A stretch of 64,000 nucleotides of DNA, from positions 2,936,101 through 3,000,100 of the forward strand of contig NC_092677.1 in NCBI RefSeq assembly GCF_964355755.1. Reading direction: 5' to 3'. The DNA comes from Antedon mediterranea (taxonomy: Eukaryota > Animalia > Echinodermata). Shown here piece after piece: positions 53,701 to 64,000 of the stretch (within the stretch, counting starts at the first letter, position 1; every line of letters starts with the position of its first letter). Both the position numbers and the translations under genes were made by a program. Under the pieces are notes generated by a model, which did no database searches, was not told the DNA's origin, and worked only from the letters and a program-made list of their open reading frames with translations.

Positions 53701-54640
53701 GGAAGTGAAAATAACAATTGAATATCAATAATTATTACCATAGAAATCGAAATGGTTAAATTCTGAGAACGTTTTCTACGAATTCAAAACGCATTTTATT
53801 TCTTTATTCTTGTTTTCTAAGAAAATTGTTTCATATAACCAAAGAATGATATAACCTACAGGCGGATCAAAGGGCCTATCCCTCCTGAAATTTAAAAATT
53901 ACACACAAAATATAATAGACATTAGGTGGGTAAGTTTAACACTTGTTCACAACTTTTAGGTCTAGCTCGCATACTCTTCCACCGGCATTTTCAAAATTCT
54001 GGATTGCTTGCTCTCTCCATTTTGAAGTTTTTTTGGACGATTACTTGAATACTATTAATTCAAGATTGTTTAAACTGAATCATTAAAATCAATTTTGAAA
54101 TCTTAAAAAGTGTGTGTTTTCTACAAATACGCCTTCTCCTGAAACATGCTAATAAATATTGTTTTTACATAATTGACGTTGGTATATGAATCATAGTTGC
54201 ATAACATATTTTGATCGTAAAATCATTTTTTTCTGAAGGTCAGGGAAAATGGGTTTTTTCTTCAAATATACATTCTCTAGAAATGTTCAATAAAAATATT
54301 ATCATGATGACATTTCGGCGCGCGCGCGTATGACGCATTTGAATGAAATGTGACATACCTTACTAACATGTGGTTTTCTGGAAATGTGCATATTTCGAAT
54401 GTTAAACGTTTTTTTTATTTCGATGACCACATTTTGTAAAAATACTCCGAAAGAGGATTATATATATAGGCCTATATAAAATATAAACAATGCCTTTTAA
54501 TATAGGAAAAACACAAAAAAAAAATTTTTTATTATCTAAATTCTAAATGGATTATTAAATAGTTGGTGGTTTGTTGTCTGTGACCAAAAATCATTGTCTA
54601 TGATGGAACCCTGATGGTTCAATTATGATATATATAATAA

Positions 54641-54797
54641 GCTATTTCTTATTCTCCCTGGATTGCCTATTCTCCCTAGATTTGTTATTCTCCTTAGATT
54701 TGCTAATCTTCCTAGATTTGATGTAGCTATTCTCCCTAGATTTGCTATTTTCCCTAGATTCGATGTTTCTCCCTAGATTTGCTATTCTCCTAGATTT
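54641..54797. repeat. Degenerate ~18-bp repeat (gctattctccctagattt)
   Basis: About 8 imperfect units. Confidence 0.75.
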
Positions 54798-55524
54798 CAA
54801 TGTACTATTGCAACGTGCCAAGGCAACGATTGGTAGAAGATCCTCCTGATCAAATACGACAGATTCTTAGATCAAACTTTATATTATATTTTCACCAAAG
54901 GCTTGGTTCGTACTAGGACGCAACGCAAGAGAAGACGTGAGACGCCCACACGACGGATCATTCAAACTCTCGTTTGTGATTGGTCAACTCACTTGCGTTG
55001 CGCGTTCAATTCAAGTAGCAACGTATGAAGCAGTGACGTGTAGTAGCAAAGATTGTATAGCGGCGCTGTACAATCTTTGGTAGTAGTAGTTAACACAAAA
55101 TATACAGTACATTTATTTCTTACATTAAAAAGTATGTGTTCACACGTGGCCCTTGTTAATGGTTATAAAGATCTATTGAGTATTCATTATCTTGATTACG
55201 TTTTATGTTACCTGATTACAATGTTACAATGCAATGTTTTAGAAGGTTAATTGAACAATAATAAAAGTTTAATGCGACTCCAATGATGCAATTATACAGT
55301 TCGACTTGTGAGGTGTCGATAGAGGGCGATATAACATGTAAAGGAATGAAAATTGCTTGACCATTTGGACAAAAGATGGTGTGCCCTCTATAAATTACGC
55401 AAGTTTAAACTTATTTTTTATTTCATTTTGTTTCATAGCTTATCTATTCTTGAAAAACACTAACTTTTGAAGAAAAAGAAACAAGATTATGTAAGTAAAC
55501 CACAAATAATACAACTAATACTAA

Positions 55525-55713
55525 AGCTTGGTTCCCACTAGCGACGCAACCTACGCAACGTAAGAAAATGCCCTTCCAATAATTGTGTACGCCCCCGCCT
55601 GGGTGAAATGAAACCTGCGATTTTTGCAGCACTGTTGCGTCGTCGGTTCCCACTTATGATTACGCAATACATCACTTTGCGTGAATGCGTTGCGTTCTAG
55701 TGAGAACCACGCT
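55525..55713. mobile_element. MITE family B, subfamily 2, with TAA TSD
   Basis: taa|agcttggttcccactag...ctagtgagaaccacgct|taa. Its interior matches 58501-58694 in reverse orientation. Confidence 0.82.
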
Positions 55714-56157
55714 TAACCACTACCTATACTAATAGTATAGACTTGCCCCAAGGGTGTATGTTAGTCCACCAGATGGCGTTTTGATTTTGTTCTCTATTAT
55801 GTGCAAACATATTTATCTCTTTACTAATTTCGGTCTAGAATCTAGACTATTGTACATACTAGTTTGAAACAAGACGGAATTGTTTTCAACAAATAATTCC
55901 ATTAGGGCCTAGGTAATATACATGACATCACAGTAGTAGTTGTCAGTATTTGCTTACTTATTCTAAAAGTATTATATTATGTACAAATAATACCGCTCTT
56001 ATGACTTTGATTCATGTGATAACATTTTATAAAGAAATAATGTATGTCCTGTTTCGGTTTTGCAAGACTACTAATTTACGAGTATGATTCGACCGACAAT
56101 AATATAAATTAGGACGACGCTAAAGTAAATATGATATACTTTGACATCACCTTGTAA

Positions 56158-56319
56158 AACTCTGTCTACACTATCAAACTTTATGTGACAAAAAAAATGT
56201 GATGTGCCTATATATGGATATGATGATGTCATATCACTACCATATTTGGGTATATCACTACCATATTTGTGCACACCACACTTATTTTGTCAAACTAGTT
56301 TGATAGTGCAGACAAAGCT
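56158..56319. mobile_element. MITE family A copy
   Basis: Same TIRs and internal 21-bp units as the other copies. Decayed fragments also occur at ~2213-2270 and ~2935-3080. Confidence 0.8.
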
Positions 56320-57496
56320 TTAGAAACTACGAAAATATCTCGAAGTTACCTTGACGAATATATGAAATAAATCAATTACGCGGGAACCATGATAAGCGCC
56401 CGTCTGTGGTGTATACATATTTTATCGTCCGGTGGGAACGCAGACGATATGTAAAAAAACCACTGTTTTAAAGATATTTACTTGTCAAAGAATGCTTACA
56501 GGATATTAGATGTTATGCCAAATGCTTTCTTAACTTAAAACAGCTCCTTCTCAGCATACAATGTATGAGGAAATCAAGAAATGTATACGGCTCTCAGGAG
56601 AACAATAAAACCTCAGACAATTTTCTTCTCTCGCGATGATTATTCAAAAACAGCTCCAAAGTACAAGCAAGCGTAGGTCAAGGTGGCGTATAGTTCTACC
56701 GTTTGGGACAAGATGAAAATGGAGCCCCCGTATCACAAATATTTTACAGCCCATTGATTTTGGGAAATAGACCGCATCGAATCAAAACACTTTTTTTTCA
56801 TAGGTCGAACTATGGAATGCCAAATGTGGTATACATTTTTGGCCGAATTGGCTTTCCATACCTAACATTGTAGCTTCAACCCACCAAAGAGATATGTGTC
56901 ATTGATAATATAATATGTTTTAAAAATAATTATGTATCATCGGTTATGACATAATAATGTTATTTTCAAATAAAATGTTAGACGTGACGACAAAGAAATA
57001 CCAAAATATTGGACGTTTGATATAGAAATATTTATTTTTCAGTTATACTTTTTTGAGACATCAAGAAAAAAATATTAAAATTATTTCATAATTGCACTTA
57101 GCATCAAACTAAATTGACAGAATATCACCCAACCACCATTTCTTAAAATATTGTTTTCACACAATTTATATATTCAATTTCGATTATTTGATTTATGGGT
57201 TAGCGATAGAGGGCGATATAACGTGTAATGGAATGTACATAAAATTATTTTTCTTGATCATATCAGTTGCTTTAAATAACCATATTTGTTGTTCACTAAA
57301 GTTTCAAAAACGGCTTATAATTGATTTAGTCCGATCCGTAAATGTTTTTAATCAATCTATTATTATTTGAAATTTCAAAATTCATTTGCATGATTTAATA
57401 AAACGATAATCACTATTATCAAATATCAATTGATCACTATCAATATCAATCGATCAATATCAATGTAGTTCAAAGATTAATTTTATGTGTGCCAAA

Positions 57497-57650
57497 GCTT
57501 GGTTCTCAATAATAGGACGTAACGCAACGACGTAAACGCAACGCAAGCGAATTGACCAATCACAAGCGACAGTTCAAATAATCCATCATTTGATTGACCG
57601 GTCAACTCACTTACGATAAGCCCCGTTGCGTCTCTAGTGAGAACCAAGTA
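57497..57650. mobile_element. MITE family B copy just downstream of the SC5D copy B stop codon
   Basis: agcttggttctc...tgaccaatcacaagcga...ctagtgagaaccaag. Further decayed copies lie at ~22536-22590, ~23107-23190 and ~54900-55005. Confidence 0.75.
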
Positions 57651-57723
57651 TTAGTGCTAATTACCGTGTCTTGTACTTATACACTAGTGTTATTCGAGCG
57701 TGAATTAATAAAGTTGATGCTAG

Positions 57724-59684
57724 CTACCGTGTACGTAAGTTGTAGCCGTGTCCATTGCAAGTCGTTTTTTCCACAATCGTCTGTTTCTTCTCGGTCTTTC
57801 CATTTTCATGCCGCTCTCGTAAGACCCGGTTGACTTCCACCATTGGTCCTTTACCTTCGAACGCCGAAGGTGTCCGAAACGACCCACCAATCCTGTCCCA
57901 GAGTGTGAAAAACTGACCGTAGTTGTAGTTATAAAACAGGTGGTGGTCCGTGTGGTGCGCCGAACCGTTCACAAGAGGTTCCAATTGTGGAGGTACTCGG
58001 TAATCTCCGTCATGGATACTCACAGTCCAGAAATTAACGAAAACAAACATGGCGAGGTAGACGAACTTATTCAACGGGAATAGGAACGCGTACATGTGGT
58101 ACGGACAGCTCTGAAGGAACCCGTCGATCGGGTGGAACGCGTGGCTAGCGAACGGGGTAGGTACTTTCCACATGTGATGGAATTTGTGGATGTATTTGTA
58201 AATTAGTTTGTGGTGCAACCAACGATGGATCCAATAGATGCACATGTCGGTGAAAAGTAGGAATGTTACGACGCTAAAAGCGACGCCAGCGTACCCTGTA
58301 AATAAACAAAATGGACGTTAAGCTTGGTTCTCACTAGCGACGCAACGCAAGGACGTAACGCAAGCAACGTACGTGTGACCAATCACAAGCGATGGATTAT
58401 TCGGACAGTGGCATGCCATTGGTCAACTCGCTTACGTTGCGCGTACGTCCTTGCGTTGCGTATCTAGTGGGAGGAACCACGTTTTAACATTTGTATTTAA
58501 AACTTGGTTCCCTAGCGACGCAACGCAGCGACGTATCGACGCAAAGTGATGTATTGCGTAATCACAAGTGGGACCCGACGACGCAATAGTGCTGCAAACA
58601 TCGCAGGTTTGATTTCACGCGCGCAGGTGGGAGCAATTATTGGAAAGGAATTTTATTACGTTGCGTAGGTTGCATTACGTTGTGTCGCTAGTGTGATTTA
58701 TTATATTGTAAAAATTACGTGATCGTCCGATAGGACGTAGCGATGCGACAGTACAGTCAGTAAAATAGTCCATTTAGTTAAGAGGGCGCTATTGTTGTTT
58801 CGGTACAAATCAAACAACAGCGCTCAAATAGAACTGTATTCAGAAATAAATCAAACGACAAACCGAAACCATGATAAAACTCACCCAACGTATTATTGGT
58901 AAAGTTGTCATGTAATTTACTGTAACCTCTGACCTCAAGTACAAATAAGAATGTTGTTATGAAAGCCATAAAAGGAACTGAATTCAAGGTGTAGATTATT
59001 TCTCTCCTTACTTGATTCTAAAAATAAAACATTTCGCAAACATTTACTTCATTAAACATTAGCAATTGTTTTGGAATGTTTCTTCATCCTAAACTTGATG
59101 ATACCCAATACGTCAATTGCTTTCGCTTCGTGACGTCGACGTTCCGTAAAATCGGGGCTTAATTCCAGTGAAAACCCGTAGTGACTGCGCAGAGTCACTA
59201 AACTTTAATTGGGCGGATGATCCCCTTCACAAATTGAACATAATTATAAATGGTGAGCGTGTACGGGGTTCGGTCGGGACAATTTCCAAAACTGCGCCCC
59301 GTAAGCGTCAGCGTGTTTAACTGTATTCACACAGAGAGGGAATGAATTCACGTTGTATTCTATAGCGGCACTTCACTCAATTACTGTATGGGAAATGGGA
59401 ATCGTGCTTGCAATGCAAAAAAAAGAAAAAAAAAGAAGCGCTTCATCATAAAACAATACAACAATAATGCAAACCTTTAAAAATAACGGATGTTCCTTGA
59501 GTTTATGATCAAATATAAAGAAATAGCTAAACGTGGCTGGAATTATGTAAACTAACGTCCCTCCGATAACAGTGATGAAGAACAGGGAAATGAATTGACG
59601 TAGAATGTCGTCCTCTTGCCATGATGTAGAATACACGTAAGGCGTCAATAGGTGACGATCACAAACATCCAGTATCACGTCCAT
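57724..59684 (-). CDS. SC5D: Sterol C5-desaturase (lathosterol oxidase), copy B, ~304 aa. Coding exons 59684-59475, 59017-58885, 58295-57724
   Basis: Translation [18 protein letters not shown]...LFLK | [11 protein letters not shown]...[11 protein letters not shown] | GYAG...[77 protein letters not shown], with canonical SC5D motifs. GT-AG introns, 915 nt in frame. Confidence 0.96.
58321..58694. mobile_element. Two adjacent family-B MITEs (58321-58483 and ~58501-58694) in intron 2 of SC5D copy B
   Basis: agcttggttctcactagcgacgcaacgcaaggacgtaa... termini in both. The first begins ~25 nt from the exon-3 acceptor. Confidence 0.8.
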
Positions 59685-61009
59685 TTTGTGTCACAAACTG
59701 CTGTAAAATAAAATATACAATCGTCTTACACAAAATATTTATCCGTATACAGGACAACACCCCGAATAAAACGCGTGAATGTCCCGGAATATAAACCGCT
59801 TGATCATATCGTTCGACTTCGTCCACAATCATCAGAGACCGGCTAACCGGGTTTATTGTCAACGTTAAAAACGTCACAATCACGCCATTGTGCCAGCATT
59901 AATATGATACAGTAAAGTAATCGCTCTTCAATGTTAAAAAGATATGTAAATAACTAAATACGAATTGACCTACTTCCAGATTTGGACAATTAACGCCCGC
60001 CATGCACTAGTGGTACCAATAATCGGCGAAGGGTATTAAATTAAGATACAGTATTAATTGAACACAAACCTCACTAGCTAAACCATGACTGAAACCTGAC
60101 GTCAGTAGGAGAACCGAATCAGTAATAATCTTTTTATCTCAAGATAAACTTCGGTCCAAGACTGAGTGTCGACATAATGATCACGTTCTATTTGCTTTAT
60201 TACACATCGTGGCCAGCAAGCGTCGTTTGTAGACCTATTTATACCGGCACTTAATATTAAGACCATTGCCCAAGGGAGGCTGTAATTATAATATTGGCAT
60301 TGGTATATCGTACCGTATGTAGGCCTATACCATTGTAAAGTAGAATGTAATAGATATTAATAACACTATTAATATTTGGAAATATTATGGAAACAAGTTG
60401 TTTAACAAACGGATTATTTTCAAATATTCCTACCCGCAACCATAAAATCTAATGAGGCTTATTTCCTAAAAATCTGGTACCCGTCTATGTACAATTGCAT
60501 TTTTGTACACAGTGACGATATTGTCACATAAAATAGCCAGTGAAAATAAACTGTTGAATCGATTTGGTATCGTAATGTAATATAGGCTCTCACAATTTGT
60601 AGAGAGAACTTTTAGCTAATATGTTTAAAATTGCGTTACTTTATACTTCATCATTTTTCGGACTGTTGCTATGGGAGTCCAGATTTTTTATCTATGAACC
60701 TAAATACTAGAAGTACCGTAGTAGGCTGATAAGAATATGATCATGGATAGGTCAGTCTACATTAATAAAAGTAGAGTTAGCATTACGTAATCATCGGTTG
60801 CCGTAAGTAATCAAATATATGGAAAGACTTTTTTTGCCATTTCTTCACAAGTTCGACATTTGATACTAGGCCCGTCTATGCCTACATGGTACGGATAAGG
60901 CCTAATTAAATACAATGGCCCCGCTAGCTAGCTAAGGGCCTATACATTTAGCGAAGAAGGCCTCCTCCTACTATACTACTGCCTAGACTGGGGAGAGAGA
61001 GAGGTTTAC

Positions 61010-63181
61010 GATGAAATCGGTCGCGTCTGAAATCGGTCGCGTTTGAAATCGGTCGCGATAAAATCAACTTCCGGTATTTTGTATGGCGCGCCGCTAGAGA
61101 GCTATACTTTTGATGACATCGGTCGCGCTATTTTGTATGGATCGAGCGGGATGCGAGAGCGGGATATACATGTTTCGTTTATATAGATTTAATTGATATT
61201 TTTTAGGAACTAGATTATTTATGTGGATATTTTTTTCTTGGTTAATAAATATTTATTATCAATCATTAAATTATTTTTTTTTTTGTATTTCACAGGTCTC
61301 GGAGAAGGACTGTGTCTTTTCAAAATGGCCATTTCTAAAACACGTTTAAATATTATATTAGGCATAATGTTATATTAGGCATATAATAATTTACCTCTAT
61401 TTATACGTACTGTACCGTAATTAATATATTATTATATAGAGAATATACGTCTGTCGTGTCTTTTATTATGCAAACAATTACGTAAAAGAGAACAATTTAT
61501 TTAAAAACAATAATTTTTACAATATAGCCCGTTAAGCCAGCGTATCCATTTTTATACTTATGCATAATGTGGCAGATTATATTATCATATCCATGTCGTT
61601 AACAACATACTATTCGATCACCTTATTTTTATTTCTATTTTATTTCTATCCGTTATTAGGATAATATTAAGTGTATAATGATTATAGGTCTTTTGTTATT
61701 TAAACTTTGACCCTTGGCTTGTGTTATTTAATTAGTTGTTTTTTTAAATATTGGACTTGATAATGACTCCATGATAGAGTCGAAACATCGTTCTTTTTTT
61801 AAGCGTTATTTTTCTATTATGTATTATTTTTATTTCTAATGTTTAAAATAGTTTTTAGTAAAATGATCATTATATGCGGATGGTTAAAAGGCGAGTTACT
61901 GAAACAAACCCCCGAATAAGCCATATTGTGGAGATGCGCCTTCTATGATCGTGCAGCTGTTTCCCCTAACAATACGTTATTTTGCTGACGGGGTTTCCCC
62001 TTTTTAAAAAACACGCACTTGTTAGTGTTAAATCATGGACAAAACACGTACGATCGTTGTCCATGTCGAGGTAAAGATGACGTCTATTACTAATAACCAT
62101 ACGTTTGAAACGTCTATAGGTATAGGCCTCCTGCATGTGTTTTTGTGAAACGATCCAATGAGCTATAGATGCTCGACGCGATTATGAGATCATGTTCATT
62201 CATTCTTTATTTAGCCTTTAAAATCGAAATACATTTAAAACATATATAGGTAACAAAAAAGACACGTGGAAATCTAAGGAGGCAAGGATAAGCAAAAGCA
62301 ATTAAAATCGCTGTAGCTCACAGGCTTGCTTATCCATAATAATTCCGAATAAAGCACTGTTTCTATAATTTGACAGTATGATTTATATATAATTTACGTA
62401 CGTCGGCGATAGGCCTACTGTAGATTTTAATTTGAATATCTTTTATTTCTTCATTTATAATAATCATTTAGGCCCTAATGTAAATAATTAAGTAAGTGCA
62501 ACTCAGTGTCTCACATTCATACGCCGTTCGTAAATCTAAATGTTTAAATATCAGTGCAGATTACCTCTTTGAGAATCGTGTCCACCTTTATTATCCATAC
62601 ATTATTATTCTCACATCATTGTACATAATAGTCCTACTGTAGGCCGGTAGATTGATTTATAACGGCATATTATCTATATATTTTATTAATATCCTAAAAC
62701 CATACGTAATTGTTTGCATAATAAAAGACACGACAGACGTATATTCTCTATATAATATATTAATACAGTACATATAAATAGAGGAATTATTATATGCCTA
62801 ATATAACATTATGCCTAATATAATATTTAAACGTGTTTAGAAATGGCCATTTTGAAAAGACACAGTCCTTCTCCGAGACCTGTGAAATACAAAAAAAAAA
62901 TTAAATTAATGATTGATAATAAATACTTATTAACCAAGTAAAAATTATCCGCATAAATAATCTAGTTCCTAAAAAATATCAATTAAATCTATATAAACGA
63001 AAAATGTATATCCCGCTCTAGCATGCATCCTGTTCGATCCATACAAAATAGCGCGACCGGTTTCAAATGCGACCGATATCATCAACAAAAGTATAGCTCT
63101 AGCGGCGCGCCATACAAAATACCGGAAGTAAGTTGATTTTATCGCGACCGATTTCAAACGCGACCGATTTCATCTGACACC
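61010..63181. mobile_element. ~2.2-kb foldback-type non-autonomous DNA element with ~470-bp inverted arms
   Basis: 61010-~61484 is the reverse complement of ~62703-63173 (e.g. gaaatcggtcgcgtttgaaatcggtcgcgataaaatcaactt; ggtctcggagaaggactgtgtcttttcaaaatggccatttcta). The AT-rich interior has no long ORF. Confidence 0.88.
61753..61793 (+). ncRNA. Minimal type-I hammerhead ribozyme-like motif (Penelope-type), possibly decayed
   Basis: ggac-TTGATAA-t-gactc-catgata-gagtc-GAAA-catc-gttc. Stem I ggac/gttc, stem II gactc/gagtc, core with U3-A8 instead of C3-G8. Confidence 0.5.
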
Positions 63182-63957
63182 GAGAGGGTCGGTCTATCTA
63201 GCTAGGCCCTCTAACTCTAGGCCCACTCACTAGGCCTACATAATAACAAGTCACGTCTACACATTATAATTTTTCTATACTTATACCACCACATGATGCC
63301 ATCCGAAAGAAAGCAGCATATTCACATCTCTATCATTATGTGGCCTGAACTTACCAATTATATGATTTTATTGTTACTAGGAACGTTGAAATACAATATA
63401 TAACAGAGAAAGAGATTACGGCCGGACGTCGATTGTTTACATAAACGGATGCTGTTTACCTGGTGTAAAACACGGAAATTTGATTGGCTTGTATTCTGGT
63501 TCCCGGCCCGATTTTTTGTATTCCCTGCCCATTTTTACAATGGGTGTTACTTTTTATAATTACGCATATGAATATGTATGACACGAATACAAATTATGCT
63601 AATTGAAAATTAACTTTTACCACCAATTGGTAAAACTAGCACAATACAATAGAATAATAATTTATTATTATTTATTAGGTGCTTCAAAATCTAAATCCGG
63701 ATGATGCAATATGTAGGCTCCTACACTAGACGTTCGAATACGGTTTTTAAATCATCTGATTATTAAAACCTTGTGATGTCTGGACAACTAAGTCTAGTCA
63801 ACAGCAGCAGCACGCTGAACATCTAGATACTACAGTATAACACATCGGGCACATCTTCGGTGATTTAAAATTGATTCACTTATTGCATCATTTTAACATT
63901 TGTAGTGATAAATTTAGAAGCTAGTACTTATACAATTTGAAAAAGAACCATTAGATC

Positions 63958-63975
63958 ATGGCAGAAGATGAGGCG
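63958..63975 (+). CDS. Possible first coding exon (MAEDEA) of a gene continuing beyond the window
   Basis: atcATGG start context followed by gcg|gtaagt, a perfect donor; acceptor-like ttgtag at ~63900-63905. Too short to identify. Confidence 0.3.
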
Positions 63976-64000
63976 GTAAGTTTACGTTTTGTTTTATATT

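Overview
AT-rich, intron-containing metazoan genomic DNA, probably from a marine invertebrate; the species cannot be identified from sequence alone. It contains (1) the 3' two-thirds of a spire actin-nucleator gene on + (WH2-C/D, Spir-box, modified FYVE; coding exons 2007-9108), with a candidate 45-nt cassette exon. (2) Two intact, same-strand (-) paralogs of sterol C5-desaturase (SC5D/lathosterol oxidase) lie ~29 kb apart with identical 210/133-nt first coding exons. The left copy has substitutions in otherwise conserved motifs and a ~80-aa C-terminal extension. (3) A frameshifted, intron-bearing transposase relic of Chapaev/RAG1-core-like type lies at ~44-45 kb. (4) There are many non-autonomous elements: two PIF/Harbinger-type MITE families, an ATT-flanked TIR element, a 2.2-kb foldback element carrying a minimal hammerhead-like motif, a tRNA-derived SINE and LINE 3' ends. 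(5) There are many minisatellites, including a 3.5-kb 43-bp array that visibly expanded inside a MITE. Most short ORFs in the supplied track are repeat or AT-rich artefacts. Exon models were assembled by hand from GT-AG sites and phase compatibility.
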